A stretch of 62,746 nucleotides of DNA, counting the filler. It is 6 parts of 6 records of this genome, joined end to end, with 100 filler letters (N's around TTAATTAATTAA, not from the genome) between each part and the next. Parts side by side here need not be neighbours in the genome. Positions count along the whole stretch, not along the records: positions 1 to 18,917 come from SRR31147125_20751; positions 19,018 to 24,570 come from SRR31147125_20778; positions 24,671 to 36,022 come from SRR31147125_20825; 3 more parts are not named here. The stretch is one strand, 5' to 3'. Within the stretch, counting starts at the first letter, position 1. Every line of letters begins with the position of its first letter. A model generated the notes under the pieces. That model made no database searches and had not been told where the DNA came from. It worked only from the letters and a program-made list of their open reading frames with translations. The position numbers were made by a program, and so were the translations under genes. Of this stretch, positions 17,903 through 29,531 are shown in pieces.

Positions 17903-18917
17903 ATGGCGATCAGGAATTATTTCTTCTTGGCTTTTGCGTTACTGCTTATGTTAACAGCGCTATATATGTTGAAAACTAAATGGCCGCTGAAAAAGCGGCG
18001 GCGTGTAACACTGACCGTTATGAGTTTCGTTTTGGCATTCGCCGCTGTTGCCGGCGTTGTCCTGTTTCCCGGACTTAACAGCCTCGCCACAACCGGGACA
18101 TATACATATACTTCCCAGACAATTCAGTTGAATGATACTTCAAGAGAAGAAACCTATCTCGACGACGAAAGCTGCCGGAAATTATCGGTCATCGTTTATT
18201 ATCCGACCGGTGTCGCCACAGGGCGAAATTCCAGTCCGCTCATTGTGTTCTCTCACGGCGGGATCAGCTATAAGGACAGCAACACGTCGTTATTTAAAGA
18301 ACTGGCCAGCCACGGCTACGTTGTTGCCAGTATCGATCATACATATCAAAGCTTGTATACAACGATTGACGGGAATAAAATATGGATTGACAGTGATTAT
18401 ATGAAGGCATTAAGCCGCGAGGACTCCAATCGGGATATTGCCGGCTCCTTCACCTGTTTTCAGAATTGGATGGATATCAGAACGGCCGACATCAGCTTTG
18501 TCATCGACAGTCTTATTGCGGAATCAGCTGAAGAAAACAACGGGTTTTATTCGCTGATTGACGCTGATCGAATCGGCGTGATGGGGCACTCGTTAGGCGG
18601 CGCGGCAGCTCTTGGTGTGGCGCGCCAACGCAGCGACGTTAAAGCCTGCACCGCGCTGGAATCACCGTTTTTGTGCGACATTACCGGCTATGACGGTACC
18701 CGCTTCACCTGGAATACCGCGCCGTTCCCCTGCGCCCTCATGAATATTTACAGTGACAGCGGTTATCCGCTTATTGCCGCAGATAACAAGTATGAGCAAA
18801 ACAAAAGATATTTGCTAAACGACGGCAACGTTGAGTTTTATTACATCGAGGGCAGCAATCATTACACGCTGACTGACCTCGTTCGAAGCGCGCCTGTCCT
18901 GTGCGCTGTCCTGGGGG
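17903..18917 (+). CDS. Membrane-anchored alpha/beta hydrolase (PAF-acetylhydrolase-like), truncated by the contig end
   Basis: PLIVFSHG, ELASHGYVVASIDH, GHSLGG nucleophile elbow, NHYTLTD. Confidence 0.85.
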
Positions 18918-19017
18918 NNNNNNNNNNNNNNNNNNNNNNNNNNNNNNNNNNNNNNNNNNNNTTAATTAATTAANNNNNNNNNNNNNNNNNNNNNNNNNNN
19001 NNNNNNNNNNNNNNNNN
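18918..19017. other. Artificial contig linker
   Basis: N-run + TTAATTAATTAA (stops in all six frames) + N-run, 100 bp. Confidence 0.99.
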
Positions 19018-19791
19018 GCCGATGGTAGTGATAATGGTAATTCTCTAGATGATAATAACGATAACAATTCACCTTCTCCCAATCCACCAGAGAAGGATAA
19101 TGCACAAAGTCCAGAAGTCGCTCCAAATGCCAGATTTAGAGGAGCTAGAACTAATCTGAATAAATTTGCAAGAGATGGAGGTCGAGGATATTTACAAAGA
19201 GGTGTGAGGCATTATGTGAAAACTGGTTATGGTGGTTCAAAAACAGCCACAAGAAGACTTAGCAGAACTGTTGCAACAGCTGGAGCTCTCTATGGTGCAT
19301 TATCATTCACTTCATCAAGTGAATCTTCCAGCTCAATTCATGATATAAACATTGAGGCATTACGTGGTAAAAGTTTTGAGCAAATAACAGATATAATAAT
19401 TGAGGCTATTCGTCCAATAGATGGAGATTTGGACTCTGAAGCAAGTCGAAATTCGATAAAAAATGCATTCTCAGAATTATTAGAGAAGTATAAAGATGCA
19501 GACCTTTTAAGCCTTAATGAGGAACAACGTCTTTATATAATTGAACGGTTCATCGCAGGTGATGTATTTGCTAGGTTTAATTTAGATATGGGTAAAAATA
19601 TAAAGGATAAAGCTTCATCTGCTGCGAACGCTCTATCGAGGCTAAAGGAAGCAAAAGACTACATAAAAGAGACGGTCTCTTCTTCGTTTAAAAAGATAAT
19701 AACAACAACTATAACGTCAAGTACTATTGTTTCTCTTATTCGTGAAGCTTTAGAAGACGCTTTCCATGTATTTGAAAGTTATGCATTATGA
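19018..19791 (+). CDS. qatB: Qat anti-phage system protein QatB (5' truncated)
   Basis: Frame is open from the contig edge (...APNARFRGARTNLNKFARDG...RHYVKTGYGG); IRPIDGDLDSEASR; stop overlaps the qatC start (ATGA). Confidence 0.8.
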   Translation, partial: ADGSDNGNSLDDNNDNNSPSPNPPEKDNAQSPEVAPNARFRGARTNLNKFARDGGRGYLQRGVRHYVKTGYGGSKTATRRLSRTVATAGALYGALSFTSSSESSSSIHDINIEALRGKSFEQITDIIIEAIRPIDGDLDSEASRNSIKNAFSELLEKYKDADLLSLNEEQRLYIIERFIAGDVFARFNLDMGKNIKDKASSAANALSRLKEAKDYIKETVSSSFKKIITTTITSSTIVSLIREALEDAFHVFESYAL

Positions 19792-21071
19792 AGATATTTT
19801 GTACACCTATTGAAAATACTAGAACGGTCGCGCAGTCTGATTTGAAAGTTATTCTTTTTGATAAAAGAAAAATTCAAAGTGATGGCTACATTGGAAATAG
19901 TATTTGGAAGGAAATCAAAAAGAAAAAATTAAATCCATCTCCAAAAGCTTGGGATATACTGTCAATAGCCTTGTCTGTAATAGTTGCAGACCACGCAGGG
20001 CATAGAAAAAAGAGCCATGATGGTTGGACTAGAACTTTTGAGTTGGTAATTGCTGTTAACGATAAAGATTTTTGGAATCAGCAAGCTTCACTACTATCAA
20101 AGCAGCTTGGTTTTTTAACATCAGACCTTTGGAATTTAAAGTTCATCGATGGTGGATTTCTTCCCCAACATAAAAAGAGAGATGAGATTCTGTACCCCAA
20201 TAATGATTCGGTTACATTACTTTCAGGTGGATTAGATAGTTTTATTGGGCTCGTTGATTTAATTGAACAAGGTTTAAGTCCTTATGCTGTAAGCCAAAAG
20301 GTAAATGATGATTCTAAAAAACAAAGAGAGATTGTGAACCTCTTTTCAAAGGCAGTACCTCTTATGCAGCTCAATCATAACGTTCAGGTTCCTAATGGTG
20401 AATCTCCTCCTTCACAAAGAGCACGTTCAATAATATTCTTAGCTTATGGAATTCTTATTGCTAGTTGTCTTGAAAAACACAATCAAGGAGAACAAGTAAC
20501 TTTGTATATGTGCGAAAATGGCTATATATCACTAAATCCTCCTTTGACGCAAATTAGAATTGGTAGCCTCAGTACGAGAACAACTCATCCAATTTTTTTG
20601 AATTTGTTTCAACAGTTACTTAACCAAGCAGGACTAAAAATTAAAATTGAAAACCCTTATCAGGATAAAACAAAAGGGCAAATGTTACAAAATTGTCTTA
20701 ATCAAAGAATATTATCGTCCTACGCCTCTATAACTACTAGTTGCGGTAGATATAGAGTGCATAAACATACCCATTGTGGCAGATGTGTTCCATGTTTGGT
20801 GCGTAGAGCTGCATTCAAAAGATGGGGACGTGAAGACCAAACAGAGTATAAGTATGATAATTTATCTATTCAATCAAATAGTTATTCCAATTATGACGAT
20901 GTTAAATCTGTTGCAATGGCAATTATAGAAATTAAGGATATTGGACTTGATGCTTGGTTGGGGACAAGTTTAAATACGGCTCTGCTTGGAGATACTTCGG
21001 GTTACAAAGTAACGATAACTGAAGGATTAAATGAACTAGAAGACTTTTTGAAGGGTTATAATATTCTATGA
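19788..21071 (+). CDS. qatC: Qat anti-phage system QueC-like protein QatC
   Basis: DGWTR, LLSGGLDS PP-loop, SQRARS, ENGYISLNPPL, GSLSTRTTHP, SCGR...HCGRCVPCLVRRAA. Confidence 0.9.
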   Translation: MKIFCTPIENTRTVAQSDLKVILFDKRKIQSDGYIGNSIWKEIKKKKLNPSPKAWDILSIALSVIVADHAGHRKKSHDGWTRTFELVIAVNDKDFWNQQASLLSKQLGFLTSDLWNLKFIDGGFLPQHKKRDEILYPNNDSVTLLSGGLDSFIGLVDLIEQGLSPYAVSQKVNDDSKKQREIVNLFSKAVPLMQLNHNVQVPNGESPPSQRARSIIFLAYGILIASCLEKHNQGEQVTLYMCENGYISLNPPLTQIRIGSLSTRTTHPIFLNLFQQLLNQAGLKIKIENPYQDKTKGQMLQNCLNQRILSSYASITTSCGRYRVHKHTHCGRCVPCLVRRAAFKRWGREDQTEYKYDNLSIQSNSYSNYDDVKSVAMAIIEIKDIGLDAWLGTSLNTALLGDTSGYKVTITEGLNELEDFLKGYNIL

Positions 21072-21796
21072 TTGATTTTCATTGCCATTTAGACCTATTC
21101 CCAAATCCATCTGATATTGTACAAAAAAGTTTGGATAAAGCACTGTATGTATTAGCTGTTACAACAACACCAAGTGCATGGAGTAAATCCAATGAGCTAG
21201 GAAGGAATAACCAAAGAATAAAGACGGCTCTTGGGTTACACCCACAATTAGCTCATGAAAGAGAGAAAGAACTCCAATTATTTGATAGGCTATTGGCTAA
21301 GGTTAACTATGTTGGCGAAATTGGATTGGATGGTTCTCCAGAATTAAAAATGAACTGGGATGCACAATTAAGAGTATTTAATCACATTCTTAATTCCTGT
21401 CAGAATGAAGGAGGGAAAATTATGTCAATTCATAGTCGTCGTGCGGTAAAATCCGTACTTGAATATTTACAAAAATATCCAGGTGCTGGAATCCCAATAT
21501 TGCATTGGTATTCAGGAAACATTAAAAGCTTAAAAGATGCACTGGATTTAGGTTGTTGGTTCAGCATTAATCCTACAATGGTTAAAAGTAAATCAGGTAT
21601 TAATATCATAAAGAATATACCTAAAAGTAGAATTTTGCCAGAAACTGATGCACCATTTACTGGAGAAAATGGTAAGTCTTATAATCCTTGGGATGTAGAA
21701 TTAGTGTATAAGGGATTGTCCGAGATATGGAATATTCCCGTATCTGAATCAAAGAAAATAGTTTGGCATAATTGTAAATCACTCTTAACAAAATAA
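21068..21796 (+). CDS. qatD: Qat anti-phage system TatD-family nuclease QatD
   Basis: MIDFHCHLDL, VTTTPSAW, ALGLHPQLAHER, VGEIGLDGS, SIHSRRA, LHWYSG, ETDAPF. Confidence 0.9.
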   Translation: MIDFHCHLDLFPNPSDIVQKSLDKALYVLAVTTTPSAWSKSNELGRNNQRIKTALGLHPQLAHEREKELQLFDRLLAKVNYVGEIGLDGSPELKMNWDAQLRVFNHILNSCQNEGGKIMSIHSRRAVKSVLEYLQKYPGAGIPILHWYSGNIKSLKDALDLGCWFSINPTMVKSKSGINIIKNIPKSRILPETDAPFTGENGKSYNPWDVELVYKGLSEIWNIPVSESKKIVWHNCKSLLTK

Positions 21797-21912
21797 TGAG
21801 ATATTTACCTCCTTAGAAATCTATCAGATTTGACAACCCCAATTTGCTTATACTTTCCCAAATGCAAATCAATCAAAAAAAGGGTAAATTTTTGATTGGC
21901 AAAAACTAAATT

Positions 21913-22489
21913 CTATCCGACATACTCCCCAATATCAAACCCCATTAATCCATCAACCGGCATACCGTCAGAATTTGGTCGCTCCAACCTCTCCAAGTGC
22001 AAATCAATCAAAGCTGCAATCCGATTGGCATTGTTTTCGGACGAAGATGCCAGTTGCTCCACCCAATCGGTATTTTCGTTTTCGTAAAGAAGTTTTCCGG
22101 TTTTAGGGGTTGATTGGGATTGATGGTTACCTACTTCATTTACCACAGCCATCATTTCTTCAAACGTTATATTCTTTGAATAATCATTGTGCAAACCAAA
22201 CATTTCTAAATCCTCCTGTACTTCCTGATTGTTGGGTTCTTTCGTTTCATAATCAAGCGGAACCTCAATGTGCATTTTGCCAGATGAATCAGCACTTGGT
22301 TCTGAGATTTTTTTGATTTTTTCTTTCATTGTCCATAACAAATCGGCTTTCGCCAACAACGCCGTTAGGTGACTGTTTTTGAGGATTATTTCTTTTTTCA
22401 TCAGCAAAAGGTTCCGGTCTTGTATTATGAGGCTTTTTCAGAAGCAGAATAAGTAACAACAGAATTATTGCAATTAAAATTTCAATCAT
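21913..22489 (-). CDS. Bacteroidetes conjugative transposon TraD/DUF4122-like protein (frameshift near 22310-22325)
   Basis: N-terminal TM plus VVGESRFVM in one frame; ITFEEM...TDWVEQL...RIAALIDLH...FDIGEYV in the other; the shift is in A-runs. Confidence 0.6.
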
Positions 22490-22505
22490 GATACTCAGCT
22501 TTCAA

Positions 22506-22892
22506 TTAAAAAATATCCTTATTATTTTCATTGTAATTTTTAATGATTTCCTCTTCGAATTCCTCAAAATGATGGCTTAATACATTATCTATGTAACTAA
22601 AAATGGTAATTTCATTTTTACCAATTACATGTATAATTTTTGAAACCTTTTGATGAAATTCGGGTCTGATATAGACTAATTTCCCTGAACGTGCTTTAAT
22701 ATCGGAATTAGACATAAATACGGAAATATAATCGATTCCCTTTTGCTTCTGTTTTCTTTTTATCGGCTTTTGCGCTTTTATTTCTTTACTACAAATATCC
22801 TTTTTAGCTTTTGAAATCTTTTCTTTTTTCCTGGCATTTAATAAAAGCCAGAAAAGCAATAGTAAAGCAACTACAATAATTATCTCATTCAT
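22506..22892 (-). CDS. DUF3408 (TraB/TraC-like) protein with N-terminal TM
   Basis: DYISVFM...ARSGKLVYIRPEFHQKVSKIIHVIG...SYIDNVLSHHFEEF. Confidence 0.85.
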   Translation of the reverse strand: MNEIIIVVALLLLFWLLLNARKKEKISKAKKDICSKEIKAQKPIKRKQKQKGIDYISVFMSNSDIKARSGKLVYIRPEFHQKVSKIIHVIGKNEITIFSYIDNVLSHHFEEFEEEIIKNYNENNKDIF

Positions 22893-22904
22893 AATATTTT
22901 ATTT

Positions 22905-23275
22905 TTATATGAAAGTATCTTTGATATTTTCTTTGTACCGTTTAACAATCTCTTCATGGTACTCCTCAAAATGTTGTGTAAGTACGTTATCGATGTAATT
23001 AAAAATAGAAATCTCATCCTTGCAGATTACACGAACTATTTGTTGAATCTTTTCGTGGTATTCCTGTCGGATGGGAACATGTTTTCCTAAGCGGGCTTTA
23101 CTTCCAGATTGGCGGATAAAAAGCGTGTCATAATTTTTTGTTGTTCTACTTTTTTAATCGTAGGTTGTGGTTTGACCTCTTTCTTTGCTTTTTCTGAGGC
23201 TGGTTTCTCGTGTTGAATAGTGGAAAGAATAAGGTCCTCATTAATTTCATCCGGATTATATCTTTTTCGTGCCAT
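22905..23275 (-). CDS. DUF3408 (TraB-like) protein (frameshift near 23135)
   Basis: MARKRYNPDEINEDLIL... continues in another frame as YDTLFIRQSGSKARLGKHVPIRQEYHEKIQQIV...YIDNVLTQHFEEY to the stop at 22905. Confidence 0.8.
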
Positions 23276-23279
23276 ACTA

Positions 23280-24039
23280 TTACTGTTTAATAATTTTTAA
23301 AATTTCGGTAGCCAAATCATCGAGGTTACTTCCCTTTAATAAACTATTGTGTGCAGGGAAAAGAGTGGAACGAAAGACTGGCTTATGTTTAGTGTTAATC
23401 TCGCGTCGGAACCGCTTCGAGTCGGGCACAAAAGTTTTTAGAATATTTAAGCCCAGCTCACCAATTACATTTTCATACACTTCGTAGAGTTCATTTTTTC
23501 CTGCCATCCACCATATTCCAAATTAGGTATAAACCTTTTATATCGCTTTTACCAACACTAATCAGGTTCTCGTTCAGCATGGTTGCAAATTTCAGTGTGC
23601 TTTCCATTACAACACGGTCGGCACTAACCGGCGAAAAGATAAAATCCATACCACCCAATGTTTTCACTACTCCTTTACTGTTCAATGTTCCGGGTAAGTC
23701 GAAGAAAACAATATCAGGTTGGGTTGTAGCCTCTTCAATAAGCTTATCGGCAGTTTTAATGGCATAGTCGGGCAAGCTGTTCTCAATCAGGTAGGCTTTT
23801 CTATTCAAAGCAGTAAACTGGTTGTAAGCCATCTGCTTGTAGTAGTTGTCTTTCATCACCTGCTCCATATCGCGTTGCCTCATCTCTAAAATGCTATGTT
23901 GAGGATAATCACAATCGACAATGGCAATTTCCAAGCCTTTTACATAATGCAGGTAACTCGACATTAAAACTGTAAATGCTGTTTTGCCCACGCCGCCCTT
24001 TTGTGTGCTGAAGGCAATAAATAAGGTTTCTTTCTCCAT
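23280..24039 (-). CDS. traA: ParA-family ATPase, conjugative transposon TraA (frameshift near 23495)
   Basis: FSTQKGGVGKT, VDCDYPQHS, FDLPGTLNS, WNMVDGR, then LKTFVPDSKRFRRE...FRSTLFP in the next frame. Confidence 0.88.
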
Positions 24040-24534
24040 GATATTTCTTTTTTTGATTAATTAATTATTCTCCTAAATCATTTGTTATTCATTTCCATAA
24101 CTATTTACTCCAAGCATTAAATACTTATCCATTTGAGTGATTATTTCCCCGTTTAAACGTTTAAATATTCATGCGTTAAAACATTTAAATACACATTCGA
24201 TGAAATGTTGTGTTTTTCAAATATTGATTCCTTTTTAGGAGTGAACATTCATATAATTCACAGTTCAAATAGTCTTTCATTCGTTCGTTATTTTGTTTCA
24301 ATAATCTTGTATTCATAGTGGCAAATGAACAGATAAAAACTATTTAATTAGCTGTTTTTGAACTGTCTGGAAGTACTTGGCTTCTACTGTCTGCCTTTGG
24401 CTGGTTTACTGATGATTACTATTCAAAACCCTCCTATTAACTTTGTCCCCGAATGAACTTTTATAGAAATTTTAATGTCGAAAAAATGGAATACAAGCAT
24501 TACAATTTACCAACGCTAGCAACGGTGTGCATTG

Positions 24535-24570
24535 GCACACGGCAAGTTGTGTTTTGAGTTACTCAAAACG
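24535..24570 (+). mobile_element. Probable oriT/mobA-upstream region of a Bacteroidetes conjugative or mobilisable element
   Basis: GCAAGTTGTGTTTTGAG-TTA-CTCAAAAC inverted repeat, divergent from traA, at the position where mobA usually follows. Confidence 0.45.
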
Positions 24571-24670
24571 NNNNNNNNNNNNNNNNNNNNNNNNNNNNNN
24601 NNNNNNNNNNNNNNTTAATTAATTAANNNNNNNNNNNNNNNNNNNNNNNNNNNNNNNNNNNNNNNNNNNN
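24571..24670. other. Artificial contig linker
   Basis: N-run + TTAATTAATTAA + N-run. Confidence 0.99.
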
Positions 24671-24930
24671 TTTTTAAATAACTCAATATCACATTCAGTC
24701 ATTTCAGTTCCAAGAATTATTATTCCACTGTGGTTTTTCTGTTTTATTAAATTTTTAATTTTTCTTTTACTATCTTTTACATTTGAAATGTGGTTTATAA
24801 GTAGTTCATAACCATAATCACTACTGGTTTTTTCTATTTCATGTACGATGAAGTTAAAAAATAAGGAATCAGAGATAACTTGGCCATGATTTTTAAATAT
24901 TAAAAGCCTGATTTTTCTTTTGAATTTCAA
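24671..24930 (-). CDS. LacI-type ligand-binding domain protein without N-terminal HTH (3' truncated)
   Basis: TTG start after an AAGGTGAGG RBS; IRLLIFKNHGQVISDSLFF...GYEL...GIIILGTEM parallels the core of the LacI at 30176. Confidence 0.65.
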
Positions 24931-24965
24931 TAAACCTCACCTTATTTCTTTTAAATTTTTTTCTT

Positions 24966-26057
24966 CTATACTACAGCTTTTTTAGTTTTTGAGTTTTCTT
25001 CAGTTTTCTCTTTTTCCTGCTGTTTTTTAAGGGCAACTTTTGCTTGATAATTTCTTTGTGCCTGATCGGCAATTACAGCGATAACGATTACCAATCCCTT
25101 GATAACCATCTGCCAGAACTCCGATACTCCGAACATTACCATTCCATCATTTAATACTGTTATAACCAGTGCACCTACCAGGGTTCCGCCTATTGTTCCC
25201 AAACCTCCGGCCATAGATGTTCCACCTAGAACAGCTGCGGCAATGGCGTTCATCTCCCATGTTTCACCAGTTGCAGGATGTGATGCCACTAGTTGAGAAG
25301 CAACGATTAATCCAACTATAGCTGAACAAAATCCAGAGAACATATACACAAAGATTTTTATGTTTTTAACTCTTACACCTGATAATTTTGCAGCTCTTTC
25401 GTTTCCTCCAACGGCAAATATATGCCATCCCAGGGGAGTTTTTTTCGATATATATACTCCTATTCCCACTATCACAGCCATTATCCATATTGCATATGGA
25501 ATAGCCAAAAATGTTCCGCTTCCAAGTAATGGAAAACCTGTATTTCCTAATACCTCTTTACCTGATAGATTCGGGTATGTTTCTCCACCTGAGTGAAGCA
25601 TCGCTAATCCTCTAGCTACGTACATTGAACCAAGAGTTGCTATAAATGCGGGGACATTCCACCTAGTGATTAGATAACCGTTTATCGCACCAACAAGTAT
25701 TCCAAAAATTACAGTTATTAACATTATCATTGGTATATTGAAATATACGATTTTATCACCGATTGTCAGTCCTTTATAGATTAATCCACCTGCAATCATT
25801 CCAGATAAACCGACGATGGAACCTACAGACAGGTCAATTCCACCTGTTATAATTACAAAGGTCATCCCTACTCCAATAATTGCATAGATTGCTGCATGCT
25901 TTGATATGAGTATCATTGTAGTTGCTGATAAAAAGTTAGGCGTTATTATTGAAAAGATTACTACTAAAATAATAAGAGCTATATAAGTTCTTGCTTGCAG
26001 TAATAACATGCTTAATGAAAGATCAGAACTTTTTTTAGCCTTTTCTTTATTATTCAT
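24966..26057 (-). CDS. Sugar ABC transporter permease (CUT2)
   Basis: GMTFVIITGGIDLSVGS, VPAFIATLG, AVGGNERAAKLSG, AIAAAVLGGTS. Confidence 0.95.
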   Translation of the reverse strand: MNNKEKAKKSSDLSLSMLLLQARTYIALIILVVIFSIITPNFLSATTMILISKHAAIYAIIGVGMTFVIITGGIDLSVGSIVGLSGMIAGGLIYKGLTIGDKIVYFNIPMIMLITVIFGILVGAINGYLITRWNVPAFIATLGSMYVARGLAMLHSGGETYPNLSGKEVLGNTGFPLLGSGTFLAIPYAIWIMAVIVGIGVYISKKTPLGWHIFAVGGNERAAKLSGVRVKNIKIFVYMFSGFCSAIVGLIVASQLVASHPATGETWEMNAIAAAVLGGTSMAGGLGTIGGTLVGALVITVLNDGMVMFGVSEFWQMVIKGLVIVIAVIADQAQRNYQAKVALKKQQEKEKTEENSKTKKAVV

Positions 26058-26189
26058 TTTTAATTATCCTCCTTAATAAAGCTTTTTATAACATCTAAAT
26101 AGTTAAGAAGTTATAAAAGCTCATATATAGTTTTCTACTCTTAACAATTGTAAATATAAAAAATATTATTATGTTAAATTTATAAATAA

Positions 26190-27719
26190 TTAGTGTTTTT
26201 TATTTCGATCATACCCAGCTGCAGATGCTATTACCAGATTGTCTTCAGTAATCTCATCTCCAACAAACTCTCCGGTAATTTTCCCGTTAGACATTACCAA
26301 AACTCTGTCGGAAACAGCCAGAATCTCCTTTAAGTCAGAGCCGACATATACTATTCCTATCCCCTCTTCAGCTAATTGCCCCATTATTTTAAACACATCT
26401 GCCTTTGCACCAACATCGATACCTCTTGTAGGTTCATCCATGAACAAAACTTTTGGTTGGGTTAATATCCATTTTCCGATTACACATTTTTGTTGATTTC
26501 CACCACTTAACGACATGATAGATAGTTTTGTATCAGCTACCTTTATGTATAATCGTTTTATCATCTCCTGAATCTTCTCTTCCTCTATACTTTCATTTAT
26601 TTTTCCTTTGTTTGCCAGTTCTCTCAAGCTTGACAAGGTTATGTTTTTACCTACAGATAGACATTGAACAAGTCCCTCTTTTTGTCTATCCTCAGGAATA
26701 TGACCAAATCCGTTTTTTATCTGTTCCCAGTTTGATTTAGCTGCACAATTAGCTCCGTCGAGGATAATTTCACCTTTTGACTCTGGATGAAGCCCCATTA
26801 TGCACTCTACCATCTCAGTTCTACCTGCTCCCATTAATCCGTATAGACCCAAAATCTCTCCTCTTTTTAATGAAAAAGATACATTATTAACTACATATCC
26901 ACCACCTGTTTTAGGCAGACTCATATCTTTTACATTAAAAAACTCTTCTCCAATCGCGATGTTACTTTTATCTATACTCAAGATAGATTCTCTACCAACC
27001 ATGTTTTTAACTATCCAAGGGATATCTATATTTTCAACCTGTTCCTCCACTATGAATTTTCCGTCACGTAGAATAGTTATATGGTCTCCAACCTCCATAA
27101 TCTCCTCTAATCTATGGGAAATATAAACAATGGCAATTCCTTGTTTTTTAAGGTCATTTATTACTCTAAAAAGAACCTCTACTTCCGATGAACTAAGCGA
27201 TGAAGTAGGCTCATCCATGATTAATACTTTTAGATTTTTATGAACTAATGTTTTTGCTATCTCTACAATTTGTTGTTCTCCAACTCTTAAATCTCCCACT
27301 CTTGTAAGAGGATCTATTGAATGCTCCAATCTACACATTAATTTTTTTGCTTCTTCATAGTGATAATCATTATCCAAAACGACATTATATTTTTTCTGTT
27401 CTATAGCCATAAAGATGTTTTGAAGGATGTTTAGTTCTGGAAAAAGATTAAGCTCCTGATGTATTATATTTATTCCGTGAGTAGTAGCATCACGTGTATT
27501 TTTCACTTTTATTTCGTCGCCGTTTAGGTAGATAGCTCCACTGGTAGCATCAACTACCCCAGCTAAAATTTTCATCAGTGTAGATTTTCCTGCTCCATTT
27601 TCTCCTATAAGGACATTTACTTTTCCTTCATAAACATTAAAACTCACATTATCAAGAGCCGTTGTTCCAGGATAAATCTTTGTTACATTTTCCGCTCTCA
27701 AACAAATTTCAGGGTTCAT
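26190..27719 (-). CDS. Sugar ABC transporter ATP-binding protein (two ABC domains)
   Basis: GENGAGKST, MDEPTSSL, LSGGNQQK, DEPTRGIDVGAK. Confidence 0.96.
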   Translation of the reverse strand: MNPEICLRAENVTKIYPGTTALDNVSFNVYEGKVNVLIGENGAGKSTLMKILAGVVDATSGAIYLNGDEIKVKNTRDATTHGINIIHQELNLFPELNILQNIFMAIEQKKYNVVLDNDYHYEEAKKLMCRLEHSIDPLTRVGDLRVGEQQIVEIAKTLVHKNLKVLIMDEPTSSLSSSEVEVLFRVINDLKKQGIAIVYISHRLEEIMEVGDHITILRDGKFIVEEQVENIDIPWIVKNMVGRESILSIDKSNIAIGEEFFNVKDMSLPKTGGGYVVNNVSFSLKRGEILGLYGLMGAGRTEMVECIMGLHPESKGEIILDGANCAAKSNWEQIKNGFGHIPEDRQKEGLVQCLSVGKNITLSSLRELANKGKINESIEEEKIQEMIKRLYIKVADTKLSIMSLSGGNQQKCVIGKWILTQPKVLFMDEPTRGIDVGAKADVFKIMGQLAEEGIGIVYVGSDLKEILAVSDRVLVMSNGKITGEFVGDEITEDNLVIASAAGYDRNKKH

Positions 27720-27731
27720 TTAACTCCTCCT

Positions 27732-28403
27732 TTAATTAGATGTTTCAAATAATATAGGAGTTATTACTAAATCATCTAAATTTTTGTTATCAAAAGCTCC
27801 TATAATTTTTACACTTTTTCCTAAATACTCTTGTGGATCTTTATTCGAAAAATTTTCTTTATAGATTTTTTTATTAAGTTCTGTTGCAATTTGTGCAAAT
27901 TGGACTTGGTTTGAATAATCATCAAATTTTATAAAATCAATAGAGTCTCTTACTACATTTTTTCTAATTACTGGTCCTATCTGAACAATAGCATCTTTTT
28001 CACCATCAAAAGGTTTGATATCTATAGCCATTATTCCACTTTTTGAACTAGTATCTACAGCTAATACTTTCGCCTCAATATTTGTTATGAAGTTTGCCTT
28101 TGAATCTCCTGATTCATAGTTTACGGCATAATTTTTCAATGTTTTTTCTGAATCTTGATTTAAGCCCTTAACTAATGTTTCAAAATCTATTTTTTTATCA
28201 TCTACATATGGAATTAATTTTTCACTCCAGATAGATTCAACAAACTCTTTTGCATTGAAGGAATCATCTTGAAAATATATAGCTACTTTTTCATCTCCTT
28301 TGGCTTTCTCTTTTTTATCAACAATAGTCCATAATTGACAGCCCATAAAAGATATAGAGATAGCTACTAACAAAGCCAGTTTCCATAAAAATAATCTCTT
28401 CAT
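27732..28403 (-). CDS. DUF2291 family lipoprotein
   Basis: Lipobox FMGC; VQIGPVIR...VRDSIDFIKFDDYSNQVQFAQIATELN. Start at 28403. Confidence 0.85.
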   Translation of the reverse strand: MKRLFLWKLALLVAISISFMGCQLWTIVDKKEKAKGDEKVAIYFQDDSFNAKEFVESIWSEKLIPYVDDKKIDFETLVKGLNQDSEKTLKNYAVNYESGDSKANFITNIEAKVLAVDTSSKSGIMAIDIKPFDGEKDAIVQIGPVIRKNVVRDSIDFIKFDDYSNQVQFAQIATELNKKIYKENFSNKDPQEYLGKSVKIIGAFDNKNLDDLVITPILFETSN

Positions 28404-28532
28404 TAACTTGCCTCCCAAAAAATATTTATCTTTAAAAAATAGAGGCTGACTTTTCATTAAAATATTTAATTTATATTCAGCCTCTTAGCTCACTCTTTTA
28501 CTCTTAATTAAGTTTAAGAAAAACAGTTTACC

Positions 28533-29531
<999 letters not shown>

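Noticed and set aside
18962-18973. TTAATTAATTAA palindrome repeated five times in the window
   Set aside because: Always embedded in N-runs; it is an assembly spacer, not a biological repeat. ORFs that end in it (17903-18973, 24619-24930) are simply truncated.
1799-21071. A queuosine/deazaguanine pathway linking the QueG-like gene and QueC-like qatC
   Set aside because: They are on different contigs with different composition, and each has its own explanation.
21913-24039. Programmed frameshifting or phase variation in tra genes
   Set aside because: The same homopolymer indels occur in unrelated genes on five contigs, so sequencing error is more parsimonious; real decay cannot be excluded.
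24100-24320. Possible 54-aa minus-strand ORF and short AT-rich repeats upstream of traA
   Set aside because: No motif, and the repeats are too degenerate to call a parS-like array from sequence alone.
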